Origin: Phormidesmis sp.
GTDB taxonomy: Bacteria > Cyanobacteriota > Cyanobacteriia > Leptolyngbyales > Leptolyngbyaceae
NCBI GenBank assembly: GCA_965248535.1
Contig: CBDFJR010000002.1
Span: 1,024,001-1,088,000 of the forward strand
Length of the DNA stretch: 64,000 bases
Direction: 5' to 3'
Part shown: piece after piece, positions 29,424 to 39,807 of the stretch
How the letters are laid out: each line of letters starts with the position of its first letter
Numbering within the stretch: the stretch's first letter is position 1
The notes under the pieces: generated by a model
Seen by the model: only the letters and a program-made list of their open reading frames with translations
Told to the model about the DNA's origin: nothing
The model's database searches: none
Position numbers and translations under genes: made by a program

Positions 29424-30263
29424 TTAGGGCTGCTCCAAAGCTTCATCTCGCTCTCTGGCTAGGTTTGCTTTTGCCTGCTGCCAAAAGGCTTCTAACTCAT
29501 CGAGGCTATAGTCTGAAAGCGGACGATCGGCGATCGCTTCGATCTGCGCCAATCGCTGAATAAATCGCTGATTGGTGCCCTGCACGGCGGCAGATGGGTC
29601 AAGATCATACCAGCGGCCCAAATTGATCAGCGTAAAAAACAGATCGCCTAGCTCTGCTTGCTGGGCGGCTTTGCTTTCGTGGGCTAGGGCGTGCTGAAAT
29701 TCGCCTAGCTCTTCTTGAAACTTGGCCCAAACATCCTCCACGGTTTCCCACTCAAACCCGGCGGCAGCGGCTTTTTGAGAAATTTTCATGCCTGCCATTA
29801 GGGGCGGCAGCGATCGGGCAGCGCGCTTTAGCTGATAGGTCAGACGTTGGGTTTCTGCAAAATCGTGCCCTTTTTCGGCCGCTTTGATCTGCTCCCAGTT
29901 GCGGTGAATCTGATCGATATCTTCAACTGCTAAATCAGCAAACACATGGGGATGCCTGCGGATCAGTTTTTGAGTAATCGTCTCTGCAACTCGCGACAGA
30001 TCAAACTGACCCTGATCGCTGGCGACCTGAGCTTGCAGCACCACTTGCAGCAGCAAATCGCCTAGCTCTTCGGCGATCGCGTCTTGATCGCCACTGCGAA
30101 TGGCATCGACCACTTCATAAGCCTCCTCAATCACGTAGGGAATCAGCGTTTCGCGAGTTTGGGCTAGATCCCACGGGCAGCCACCATCGGGCGATCGCAG
30201 TTGGGCAACGACTTCAATCAACTGTTGCAGCGCCGTTAAAATTGCGGTTTGATTCGATGACAT
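29424..30263 (-). CDS. mazG: Nucleoside triphosphate pyrophosphohydrolase
   Basis: GCPWD, EEAYE, EELGDLL and KLIRRHPHVF motifs. Confidence 0.95.
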   Translation of the reverse strand: MSSNQTAILTALQQLIEVVAQLRSPDGGCPWDLAQTRETLIPYVIEEAYEVVDAIRSGDQDAIAEELGDLLLQVVLQAQVASDQGQFDLSRVAETITQKLIRRHPHVFADLAVEDIDQIHRNWEQIKAAEKGHDFAETQRLTYQLKRAARSLPPLMAGMKISQKAAAAGFEWETVEDVWAKFQEELGEFQHALAHESKAAQQAELGDLFFTLINLGRWYDLDPSAAVQGTNQRFIQRLAQIEAIADRPLSDYSLDELEAFWQQAKANLARERDEALEQP

Positions 30264-30306
30264 TATGTTGAGTCCTTTAACAGGTTGACCCTTTTTACTC
30301 TATCGT

Positions 30307-30867
30307 TCATCCCTTGGCTCGGTTCTTTCGTCGCTTTTGCGATCGCTTATAGCGAGACACCAGCCAATCACTAGCGCTGTGACTGAGTGCGCCTAATTCC
30401 AACCCGATCGTGCCTGCCATCCATTCATTTCTGTGCTGCTGTAGCGATTGGTGAATCATTGCAATACTGTTAATCAATCCATATTCAGCATGACTTTGCC
30501 AGTGATCGATTTTGCCCAGAAGTTGCTGCGCGATCGCTCCACTCAAAATGATCAGACTACCAACGATCGCGACCCAAATGGCAAGATAGAGAATTCGCCC
30601 GATCGTGCCCACTATCAGCCCATGAGAAAGAAACGATCGATGCCGCACACTTTTTCGGTAGGGCAACCAGATCCAGCGCAGCAGCCCCCAGCGCTGATAT
30701 TGCTGAGAATAGATGTCGAGGTCGGGGCCAAACATCAATCCGCCGACCAAAAATGTGCCCGCCACTACGAGGGTCAGGTTGCTGCTTTGCGTTAGCCCAA
30801 ACGCCCCGCCCGCCACGAAGGGCAGACTCCAGAGGGTGATGCTGTCATGGGTGCGACCAGAAGGCAT
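30307..30867 (-). CDS. Metal-binding membrane protein (DUF2227-like)
   Basis: MPSGRTHD, PDLD, HRSFLSH and HSASD motifs. Confidence 0.85.
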   Translation of the reverse strand: MPSGRTHDSITLWSLPFVAGGAFGLTQSSNLTLVVAGTFLVGGLMFGPDLDIYSQQYQRWGLLRWIWLPYRKSVRHRSFLSHGLIVGTIGRILYLAIWVAIVGSLIILSGAIAQQLLGKIDHWQSHAEYGLINSIAMIHQSLQQHRNEWMAGTIGLELGALSHSASDWLVSRYKRSQKRRKNRAKG

Positions 30868-30943
30868 AAACCTAAAAACTCAAAGAATCTCTATCAAATT
30901 CTATAGAGAATTGGCGCGGTCTGATATTATAGATGAAGCGATC

Positions 30944-31015
<72 letters not shown>

Positions 31016-31132
31016 TAGATTTTAGCCTTTGCATCATCAAGGTTCCGCCAAAAAAGCGACCTCACGGGAGCGATAAAGCTCCGAAATCTTTCATTATTCT
31101 TGATTCAGATCTGAATTGGGAGTCTTAAACCT

Positions 31133-31269
31133 ATGATTTGTCTCAAAAAACGCAGCGCAGAATGCGGACGACTCAGGAGCGGTTTGCTAAGGCGTTAGAC
31201 ACAAGTCATCAGTAACCGAACCCGATCGCTCGTTGGGAGAGTAGACTGCTATCCCAACTCTCGCCCTGA
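31133..31269 (+). pseudogene. Degenerate XRE-family HTH remnant
   Basis: Reads MRTTQERFAKALDTSHQ*PNPIARWESR with an in-frame stop at 31213. Confidence 0.5.
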
Positions 31270-32102
31270 AAGATTTATCTATCCGCTTTTGCTGCACGAT
31301 TAAAGATGTGACGAATAAGACGATTAACTAGATAAAACCTAGTCATGAAAACTGAAGAGATTAGTCCGTACAAAAAGGCAAAAATTCTCTTAAGCTAATC
31401 GATCAATTGATGGAATTAGTGATAGCTCTCAGTGAAATTAACCGCTACTTAAGCAACACTTTCTGAAAAGTTCAGCAAGATCACTGATTTTTTAGGGCGA
31501 CTGGTTAAACCGCCAAACCGAAACCCAAACGCTATGGTCTGTGCTTCTAAGCAGGTTGTTTTAACCGTTAGCCCCATGACTAAAAAGAACGAAATCTATA
31601 AATCTGAACCGTTTCAGGGTAGTATGAAGTGCTGGTGAAGTCACCAGTGCTGAAAGCTCTTTGTCATCCGTATATTTTCAGTGCTTAGAAAGTGCCCCCG
31701 CAAGATTCTTTCTGACCTGCTCAACCTCTATAGCCACTGGTGCAAATGTATCGCTTTTAATTAGGTCAGGGTGGTTGTGTTTAAGTCTTAGTTCATCAGA
31801 CAGATTCTTTGAGCTTCTAAGGCTTAAAGATGTGTGAATTTTGACCCTGGCAAAAGCCTGTGGCATTCTCTATTTTGTGGTGCATTTGATCTTGCAAAAA
31901 GACTCAAACCAGCACTCTCATCGCTTGCTAAAAACTCGCTTGCGTTGAGGGTTGACAATCTTAAAATTAACCGCTATCACTAGTAGGAAGCCAAGAGCAA
32001 GCCGCTATATCTAGCAACTGGCTTGGCAAAGCGTTCCAAATCGCTTCCTAAAGTTTCTCGATCGCCATTTCGTCAACGATTCCTCCTCACCCCAACAAAA
32101 CT

Positions 32103-32303
32103 ATGAATTACCAAGAGCAACTGACTCCCTGGGCTGTCTATCAAACTCTGCCTGATCTTCAGCGTCAATTGGTTATTCGCTTTCGCCGTCGCACCGATGC
32201 TGATTGTTATATCAAGGTGTTGAAGCAAACCCGTCCTCAAACTGATTTTGTGATCGCTTTTGAGACGGTTAAGAAAGAAGTTGTTCCCGCTGCGATCGCT
32301 TAA
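32103..32303 (+). CDS. Small cyanobacterial hypothetical protein (66 aa)
   Basis: PW...RFRRRTDAD pattern resembles small cyanobacterial hypotheticals; upstream TTGACA and a structured leader. Confidence 0.75.
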   Translation: MNYQEQLTPWAVYQTLPDLQRQLVIRFRRRTDADCYIKVLKQTRPQTDFVIAFETVKKEVVPAAIA

Positions 32304-32377
32304 CTCGACTCTAAGGATCATGAGTTGATGACTGTCGGCCATTTGCACTAAACAGGGTCAGACCAAAGCTAGCTTTT

Positions 32378-33574
32378 ATGGTGAACGATTTACCCGATCG
32401 CACGTCTGACCTTTGCGATGTGATTACTCAACAAATTCTCCACAGTTCCGAAGGTCGAATTTCATTTTCTGAGTATATGGAGATGGCACTCTACCATCCG
32501 CAGCACGGTTATTATGCTGCCAATAGCGACAAGATTGGGGCGCACGGTGATTTTGTCACCTCGCCCCATTTAGCTATGGATTTTGGTGAGCTATTGGCTC
32601 AACAGTTTGCAGAAATGTGGCAGCTTTTAGGGCAACCCCAACCCTTTACAATCGTTGAAATCGGAGCCGGACAAGGACTCTTAGCCGCAGATGTTTTGCG
32701 GGGTTTGCAAAGTCAGCATCCCGATTGTTTCACCGCGTTAGACTATGTGATTGTTGAAAAAGCCGCCGCTTTGATAACAGAGCAAAAGCAGCGACTAGAT
32801 CCTTGGCGGGCATCAGGGTTGCAGATCGAGTGGCGATCGCTCGACAGCATTCCTGCCCAATCAATTATTGGGTGCATATTCTCTAATGAATTGGTCGATG
32901 CGTTTCCGGTGCATCTAGTAACACTGAGTCAGGGCAAACTCCAAGAAATTTACGTCACTATCCAGTCCGATAGATTTGCAGAAGTGATCGACGACCCTTC
33001 AGACGATCGGTTGACTAACTATTTTGATCTCAACAGAATTAATTTATTTTCAGCCGATTATCCAGATGGTTACCGAACTGAGGTCAACTTAGCGGCCCTA
33101 GATTGGCTAAGTTTGGTCTCCGATCGCCTCCAGCGCGGCTATCTGTTGACGATCGATTATGGTTACACCGCGACTCGCTACTATAGCCCTCGGCGATCGC
33201 AGGGAACCTTGCAGTGCTACTACCAGCACAGTCACCACAACAATCCTTATATCAATGTGGGTCAGCAAGACATCACGGCTCACGTTGACTTCACCGCACT
33301 AGAGCGACAGGGCGATCGCTGTGGCTTAAAAACTTTAGGCTTGACCCAGCAAGGACTATTTTTAATGGCGTTGGGGTTGGGCGATCGGCTGATGGCACTC
33401 AGTCAAAGCGAGACTAAAAATGCTCAAGACATTCAAACCGTGATTCGTCGTCGTGACGCACTTCACCAACTCATGAACCCGATGGGACTCGGTAACTTTG
33501 GCGTTTTGCTGCAAAGCAAGGGCTTGACCGCCACAGAAACCGCGCAGCCTTTGACGGGTTTACGAACGTTTTAG
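32378..33574 (+). CDS. SAM-dependent methyltransferase, MidA/NDUFAF7 family
   Basis: GDFVTSP, EIGAGQG, NELVDAFP, IDYG and DITAHVDF motifs. Confidence 0.92.
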   Translation: MVNDLPDRTSDLCDVITQQILHSSEGRISFSEYMEMALYHPQHGYYAANSDKIGAHGDFVTSPHLAMDFGELLAQQFAEMWQLLGQPQPFTIVEIGAGQGLLAADVLRGLQSQHPDCFTALDYVIVEKAAALITEQKQRLDPWRASGLQIEWRSLDSIPAQSIIGCIFSNELVDAFPVHLVTLSQGKLQEIYVTIQSDRFAEVIDDPSDDRLTNYFDLNRINLFSADYPDGYRTEVNLAALDWLSLVSDRLQRGYLLTIDYGYTATRYYSPRRSQGTLQCYYQHSHHNNPYINVGQQDITAHVDFTALERQGDRCGLKTLGLTQQGLFLMALGLGDRLMALSQSETKNAQDIQTVIRRRDALHQLMNPMGLGNFGVLLQSKGLTATETAQPLTGLRTF

Positions 33575-33594
33575 CCTATCAAGGGCACGTCTTG

Positions 33595-33650
33595 CCCCCC
33601 AATCCCCCATTCTGGGAGACTTTGAACCTCAGCACTGAGGATCTAGGGGA
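33595..33650. repeat. Short dispersed repeat (related copies at 39546-39616 and 5675-5707)
   Basis: Shares ATTCTGGGAGACTTT and CCCC/GGGG arms with the 39546 copy. Confidence 0.65.
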
Positions 33651-33685
33651 CAATTCATCCCGTGATTCGCAACGCCAGAACTCGC

Positions 33686-34756
33686 TTATCGAGAACTGAT
33701 CACCTCTAGCCGCACGGGGGCAATGCCGCTTTGCATGACTCCCAAAATGCGGGCGGCTCCGGCTGACAAGTCAATCACGCGATCGCCGACATAAGGTCCA
33801 CGATCGTTGATTCGCACAATCACCGATCGTCCGTTATCCAAATTCGTCACTTGCACTTGGGTGCCAAACGGCAGAGACCGATGAGCCGCTGTCATCGCAT
33901 TTTGATTAAAGGTTTCACCACTGGCACTGGCGTTGCCATCAAACCCAGGGCCATACCAAGAGGCCCACCCATCAATGCGAAGCTTGATCGGGCCGAGAGA
34001 AATCTGCTGCCCATTATTTGGCTTGTTAGGCACCGTTCTCAGAGGGGCGGCATCTCCGATCAGACGACGAAGACGGTTGGTGACTTGCAGCGCATCTTGC
34101 TCAGGATTTTTGGTCGTGTCAGGCAAAATCGTATCGGCATCGACTGCCACGATCGTGGTTTTGTTAGCCTCAATGATGTAGCGATCGCCCGTGCCATTGG
34201 GGGCTTGCTTCCAGCTAACGGTGATGGTCTTGGCATCCACCCCTTGGCGATAGAGTTGATTGAGCTTGGCAGCGATCGTAGTGGCTCTCGTGACTGGATC
34301 AGACTGCAAAGCGGAAATAGAATTCTGACGCTGCTCTAAAGATGGGGCTGCATTGACACCAGACTTGAGCTTGGCGATTTGAGAAGATTCATCAGTCTGC
34401 GTTGCTCCCATTTTGACGCGATCAGAGGAGGCTGACTGTGAACCGACGAACGTGAGAACCGGAATGTTGCGGACATAGAGCGTTGCGGCCTTGCGTCCGG
34501 CGTGCTCATGGGTTTGAATCTTGGCGATCGAATTCTCTAAAGACGGGGTTTGGCTCTGTTGCTCACCAACTTTGACAACATCGCCTATCGGCGAAAGAGG
34601 CGGTGGCGCGTTTTGCTCGGCGTGAGAAGCGTGGCTCACGGCTGGGGCTGCCTCAGCGCTGCTGCGATGATTAAGACCCAACGAGGTGCTGATCAACAGG
34701 GTTGCCGTCAGACCGCTAATAAGTTTCTGATTCATATCTCCGTAGGTGAAGGACAT
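33686..34756 (-). CDS. rlpA: Septal ring lytic transglycosylase RlpA family
   Basis: ASWYG, TAAHRSLPFGT, RINDRGP and IDLS motifs. Confidence 0.92.
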   Translation of the reverse strand: MSFTYGDMNQKLISGLTATLLISTSLGLNHRSSAEAAPAVSHASHAEQNAPPPLSPIGDVVKVGEQQSQTPSLENSIAKIQTHEHAGRKAATLYVRNIPVLTFVGSQSASSDRVKMGATQTDESSQIAKLKSGVNAAPSLEQRQNSISALQSDPVTRATTIAAKLNQLYRQGVDAKTITVSWKQAPNGTGDRYIIEANKTTIVAVDADTILPDTTKNPEQDALQVTNRLRRLIGDAAPLRTVPNKPNNGQQISLGPIKLRIDGWASWYGPGFDGNASASGETFNQNAMTAAHRSLPFGTQVQVTNLDNGRSVIVRINDRGPYVGDRVIDLSAGAARILGVMQSGIAPVRLEVISSR

Positions 34757-35152
34757 TTGCTAATCGAGCTTGAGTTCGACAAGCAGATTGCAAAATTGCA
34801 AGGATGCTTTCGGAATAACTCGTACTCGCTCCGTTTTTTACTCCCAGTTATAGAACTGCAACAGACTACCATGAAGTTTTTGCCCAGGGGATCAGGGTAG
34901 TCGCGGTATGTAAAAAAACTTTATGAAAACTTCATACTGCTTAATTGACCTCAAAGCCTTGTAGTGAAAGGGTTCTCAGAAAAAATTAAGACATGTCGCC
35001 AAAGGGAACTTCATGAAAACTTCATACCAGCTTCATAGTAGTTCTAGGTTATGCTGAAGTCTTGTGTTTTCACGACCCCAAAAATCAGTGATCTTGCGTT
35101 AGTCAAGATTGCAGCACTAAGCATTTGTGACCGATACAGAGGCGTTCATTTC

Positions 35153-36181
35153 ATGGATTATCGAGAGGCTGGGGTTGACGTTGAGGCAGGGCGGGCATTT
35201 GTCGATCGCATCGGCAGCATGATTAAACGCACCTATCGCCCCGAAGTGCTGGGCGGCATTGGAGGCTTTAGCGGGTTGTTTCAACTGCCTGCGGGCTATC
35301 GAGAACCTGTTTTGGTGTCGGGCACGGATGGCGTGGGCACTAAGCTCAAACTGGCTCACACCCTCGATCGTCATGACACGGTTGGCATTGATCTCGTGGC
35401 CATGTGCGTCAACGATGTGCTGACCTGCGGGGCAGAACCCCTGTTCTTCTTAGATTATTTGGCTACCGGACAGTTGCAGCCCGAACAACTCGCCGCCGTG
35501 GTGTCTGGCATTGTGCAAGGGTGTGAGTCAGCAGGCTGTGCGCTGTTGGGGGGCGAAACGGCTGAGATGCCAGGGTTTTATCAGGCAGATGAATATGATT
35601 TAGCCGGGTTTTGCGTCGGCATTGTTGAAAAAAGTTTGATTCTAGACGGCTCTCAGGTACAAGTGGGCGATGTGGCGATCGGGCTAGCTAGCAGCGGCGT
35701 TCACAGCAATGGCTTTAGTTTGGTTCGCAAAATTGTCAGCGATCGGGGGTTTAACTGGAGCGATCAGCCCGAAATTCTAGCTGGAAAAAGTCTCGGTGAA
35801 GTGTTGCTGACTCCGACTCAAATCTACGTCAAGCCGATTTTGGCAGCGCTTGAGGCTGAGATTCCCATTCACGGCATGGCGCATATCACAGGCGGCGGCT
35901 TGCCCGAAAACTTGCCCCGCTGTTTGCAAAAAAATCAAACGATCGACGTGGATTTGAACAGTTGGGACGTTTTGCCCATTTTTGATTGGTTAGCAACTCA
36001 AGGAAACGTTAGCCCAATCGATATGTTGAATACCTTTAATATGGGAATTGGGTTTGTGGTGATTGTGCCCCCCGATCGGGCCACAGAAACCTTAGAATTT
36101 TTTGCTTCTCATCAGATTAAATCATCCCCGATCGGCACCGTGATTCCGGGTGCGGGTCAGTTAGTCGGGCTACCCACTTAA
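35153..36181 (+). CDS. purM: Phosphoribosylformylglycinamidine cyclo-ligase
   Basis: [23 protein letters not shown] and HITGGG motifs. Confidence 0.97.
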   Translation: MDYREAGVDVEAGRAFVDRIGSMIKRTYRPEVLGGIGGFSGLFQLPAGYREPVLVSGTDGVGTKLKLAHTLDRHDTVGIDLVAMCVNDVLTCGAEPLFFLDYLATGQLQPEQLAAVVSGIVQGCESAGCALLGGETAEMPGFYQADEYDLAGFCVGIVEKSLILDGSQVQVGDVAIGLASSGVHSNGFSLVRKIVSDRGFNWSDQPEILAGKSLGEVLLTPTQIYVKPILAALEAEIPIHGMAHITGGGLPENLPRCLQKNQTIDVDLNSWDVLPIFDWLATQGNVSPIDMLNTFNMGIGFVVIVPPDRATETLEFFASHQIKSSPIGTVIPGAGQLVGLPT

Positions 36182-36185
36182 AATT

Positions 36186-37031
36186 GTGACCAAAACCCGC
36201 AAACAATTCGGTCAACATTGGCTCCGCAGCGAGAAGGCATTAGCTAAAATTGTCAGTTCGGCAGAGTTATCAACCTGCGATCGGGTTTTAGAAATTGGCC
36301 CAGGGACGGGTGTTTTGACCCGGCAATTATTGACCCAAGCAGAAGCCGTGGTTGCCGTTGAAATCGACCGAGATTTGTGTCAACTTCTCGCCAAAAAATT
36401 GGGTCAAGTTGAGAATTTTCTGCTGCTGCAAGGAGACTTTCTCGCGATCGACTTAGACGCACTTTTAGAACCCGCTCCAGCATTTCAGAATCCTACTAAA
36501 GTTGTCGCTAATATTCCCTACAACATTACCGGGCCGATTTTAGAAAAATTGCTGGGCACGATCGGGCATCCCAATCCCAAGCCGTTTTCCTCGATCGTGC
36601 TGCTCGTGCAAAAAGAGGTGGCCCTGCGGCTGTGTGCCAATCCCAAATCGACTCACTTTGGCGCGCTGTCGGTGCGAGTGCAATATTTAGCCGACTGTCA
36701 GTTTATCTGCGACGTTCCGGCTAAAGCTTTTCAGCCACCGCCCAAAGTAGACTCGGCCGTGATCAGGCTCCGCCCGCGTCTGGTTGAAAACCCGGCCCAC
36801 AATCCGCGATATATGGAGATATTGATCAGACTCGGTTTTTCTAGCAAACGCAAAATGCTGCGAAACAATTTGAAGAGTTTAATCGACGGCGATCGTCTGA
36901 CCCAGATTCTGGAACAATTAGAAATCAACCCTCAAGCCCGTGCTGAAGATCTCAGCGTTGCCCATTGGGTCGCTCTGAGCAACACTCTAGAAGTCGTGGA
37001 AGGGTCACTCACCCCCAACCCCGAACCCTGA
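36186..37031 (+). CDS. rsmA: 16S rRNA dimethyltransferase
   Basis: FGQHWL, EIGPGTG, NIPYNIT and PPPKVDS motifs. Confidence 0.96.
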   Translation: MTKTRKQFGQHWLRSEKALAKIVSSAELSTCDRVLEIGPGTGVLTRQLLTQAEAVVAVEIDRDLCQLLAKKLGQVENFLLLQGDFLAIDLDALLEPAPAFQNPTKVVANIPYNITGPILEKLLGTIGHPNPKPFSSIVLLVQKEVALRLCANPKSTHFGALSVRVQYLADCQFICDVPAKAFQPPPKVDSAVIRLRPRLVENPAHNPRYMEILIRLGFSSKRKMLRNNLKSLIDGDRLTQILEQLEINPQARAEDLSVAHWVALSNTLEVVEGSLTPNPEP

Positions 37032-37049
37032 AACCTCAACGTTTTATTT

Positions 37050-37991
37050 ATGCGTTCCTATTCTCTGGTGGCTCCCGCCAAAATTAATCTCTATCTGCAA
37101 ATCGTGGGCGATCGTGCCGATGGGTTTCATGAGTTGGTGATGGTGCTGCAAAGCATTGAGCTAGCCGATTTAGTCACTGTGCGCCCGATCGGGGCCGAAA
37201 TTATTCAGATACAGTGCGATCACCCCGATGTGCCCCAAGATCAGACAAACCTGGCCTACAAAGCCGCCGATTTAATGGTGCGGCAGTTTCCAGATTATTT
37301 TGCCAAATTTGGCGGAGTCGAGATCAAGATTCAAAAGCGTATCCCCTTGGGTGCAGGCTTGGCGGGTGGCTCTAGCAATGCGGCGGCCGTGTTGGTGGGG
37401 CTAGATTTGATGTGGAATTTAGGACTCACTCACTCCGAGCTTCAAGAGTTGGGCGCAACGCTGGGATCAGACGTTCCATTTTGCATCTCAGGGGGCACCT
37501 CGCTGGCCACAGGGCGCGGAGAACAGTTGGATGGGTTGCCCGACCTGCACAATGTCAGTGTGGTGTTAGCCAAATATCGCGATTTGCCCGTCTCGACTCC
37601 GTGGGCCTATCAAACCTATCGACAGCAGTTTGGAGCCACCTATCCTCAAAGCGCCCATGACCTAGAAACCCGAAAGCAGCAGTCTAGGGGCATGATGGCA
37701 GCGATCGCCCAGCAAGATCTGGCTCAAATTGGTAAACTACTCCACAACGATCTAGAGCGCGTAGTCTTGCCCAACTATCCGCAGGTGCAGCAGCTTCGCG
37801 ATCGCTTTCAAAGTCTAGGTGTGTTGGGCACGATGATGTCAGGGTCTGGCTCTACGGTCTTTGGTCTAGTTGAGTCTCAAGCCCACGCCGAGCACGTTAG
37901 AGAGCAGATGAAAACGGCGATCGCTGATCCTCATCTCGATCTCTGGGTTACGAGATTTTGTCCTTCTGGAGTTCGGTTAGCGACTCATTAA
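37050..37991 (+). CDS. ispE: 4-diphosphocytidyl-2-C-methyl-D-erythritol kinase
   Basis: PAKINLYL, GAGLAGGSS and MSGSGST motifs. Confidence 0.96.
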   Translation: MRSYSLVAPAKINLYLQIVGDRADGFHELVMVLQSIELADLVTVRPIGAEIIQIQCDHPDVPQDQTNLAYKAADLMVRQFPDYFAKFGGVEIKIQKRIPLGAGLAGGSSNAAAVLVGLDLMWNLGLTHSELQELGATLGSDVPFCISGGTSLATGRGEQLDGLPDLHNVSVVLAKYRDLPVSTPWAYQTYRQQFGATYPQSAHDLETRKQQSRGMMAAIAQQDLAQIGKLLHNDLERVVLPNYPQVQQLRDRFQSLGVLGTMMSGSGSTVFGLVESQAHAEHVREQMKTAIADPHLDLWVTRFCPSGVRLATH

Positions 37992-37996
37992 TACCC

Positions 37997-38329
37997 ATGT
38001 CTAAATCTTTGCCTGACTCTTCGCCTCAATCTACTCTGCCAGACAAGGCAATGCCCAGTCCTTTGCAGTGCGTCTTGGGGTCGCTCGTCGCGGGGGGAAT
38101 TGCCCTTGTGATGTATGGTATGACTAGCTCGATCGCCCTCTCTTTTGCCAGCAAACCTCTGCAATATCACAATGTCACGACTGCCAATATTGCTGTTGCC
38201 GTCAGAACGTTAGTGGTCGGGATGAGTGCTTTGGGCACCGGAGTGTTTGGGTTAGCGGCCGTCGGATTGTTTGGGCTGGGCATCCAGGTTTTGATCGGGA
38301 AAGCAAAGCAGCGATCGGCCACCGACTAA
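37997..38329 (+). CDS. DUF3082-like membrane protein
   Basis: NIAVAVRTLVVGM pattern; follows ispE. Confidence 0.8.
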   Translation: MSKSLPDSSPQSTLPDKAMPSPLQCVLGSLVAGGIALVMYGMTSSIALSFASKPLQYHNVTTANIAVAVRTLVVGMSALGTGVFGLAAVGLFGLGIQVLIGKAKQRSATD

Positions 38330-38374
38330 TTCCCTGTTTGTAAAGTTAGAAAAATTTTAGAATTCATATCTAGC

Positions 38375-38709
38375 TTTTCCACAAGATAAGCACAGTTTTC
38401 CACAGATAGTCCGATTTTTCAGAATCGGTGCCATCAGTCTGTGGAAAACGTTTCGCTTGCTAAGGGGAATTTTTGAATTTGTAGGCTGAAACTCTGATTC
38501 TCTCGTTGTGTTGGAGACAAACCGCTCCATACTCTATCACTTTTTAGCAAAGACGGTTTAGATTCTTGTGATTAAAGAAATCTAATTTAAAAAACTGGTT
38601 GATTATGGCTGAGAACTATGTATGTACTGGTTTTTAGCTAAAAAACGACTCAGATTGCCAAGCCCATTGATGAGCCATCCATTGTCTGAATAGATCAAAG
38701 TTTTCCACA
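38375..38709. other. DnaA-box cluster, candidate replication origin
   Basis: TTTTCCACA at 38375, 38396 and 38701, plus reverse-orientation TGTGGAAAA at 38440, in an AT-rich 512-bp intergenic region. Confidence 0.7.
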
Positions 38710-38841
38710 GCCTACGATCGTCCTTCTAGATTTCTAAAGTCAATAGGATTTAATTCACGATTCTTGGGGCCGCAATATTAGAAAATTATAGAGGTGGAGT
38801 CTGTCTGACGTTATTGAGTCAATATCTCGAAGAGGTTTTTT

Positions 38842-39438
38842 ATGGCATATCTCTGGTTCAAAGCATTTCACCTCGTGGGTATCGTCGCCTGGTTTGCCGG
38901 ACTGTTTTATCTGCCCCGACTGTTTGTTTATCACGCAGAAGCTTATGAACACCCAGAGCCAGCGCGCACGATTCTCAAAACTCAATATCAAATCATGGAG
39001 AAGCGCCTCTATAGCATCATCATGACTCCGGCGATGCTGCTAACGATCGCGATGGCGATCGGGCTGCTCACGACTGAGCCAGACGTGCTCAAACAGCCTT
39101 GGCTGCACGCCAAACTCGCGTGTGTTGCGGGGTTGTTGGTCTATCACCACTATTGCAAAATCATCATGAAGCGGTTGGCTGCTGATGAATGCAAAATGAC
39201 GGGGCAACAGTTTCGCTGGTTTAACGAGTTACCGACCGTGTTTTTTGTGATCGTCGTGATGTTGGCCGTGTTTAAAAACACTTTGCCCACCAGCGCCACC
39301 GCCTGGGGAATCTTCGCCATGATTGTGGCGATGGCAGCGATCATTCAGCTTTATGCTAAAAAGCGCAGACTGGCAAAAGAAAAGGAGTTGACAGACGCGA
39401 TCGCTCAACCCAAATCAACGTCAGAAGTAGGCGCTTAG
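38842..39438 (+). CDS. hemJ: Protoporphyrinogen IX oxidase
   Basis: WFKAFH, WFAGLFYLPRLFVYH, WLHAKL and FNELP motifs. Confidence 0.95.
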   Translation: MAYLWFKAFHLVGIVAWFAGLFYLPRLFVYHAEAYEHPEPARTILKTQYQIMEKRLYSIIMTPAMLLTIAMAIGLLTTEPDVLKQPWLHAKLACVAGLLVYHHYCKIIMKRLAADECKMTGQQFRWFNELPTVFFVIVVMLAVFKNTLPTSATAWGIFAMIVAMAAIIQLYAKKRRLAKEKELTDAIAQPKSTSEVGA

Positions 39439-39545
39439 GGGGTGACGACATAAATTTTTCGACGCGATCGAAGATTGGACGACCAAAAAAAATAGCTAAC
39501 GTCAGTTCGACGAGTTTGTTCGCTTCGTTGTCAGCGGCTTTTGCT

Positions 39546-39616
39546 CCCTAAATTCCCTATTCTGGGAGACTTTAAATCGAAATTTTGGCTTGAAGTCCCC
39601 CAATTGGGGAATTTAG
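39546..39616. repeat. Short dispersed repeat with inverted arms
   Basis: CTAAATTCCC...GGGAGACTT / AAGTCCCCC...GGGAATTTAG. Confidence 0.65.
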
Positions 39617-39807
39617 TGATGTGGATGTCTTGGTTGTGTTTAGTCCAGACACACGCAAGAAACTCTCCGAATGGATTGCAAAGTGATCTAGATCTTTAGA
39701 CCCTCCTCAACCCCTGCTTCTACCTTGCTCAAATTCGTGTTGGTTTCTGGCATAGACATTGAATATGGCGATTCTAGGCTGATATCCAACGATAGAGGCA
39801 TTTAAGT

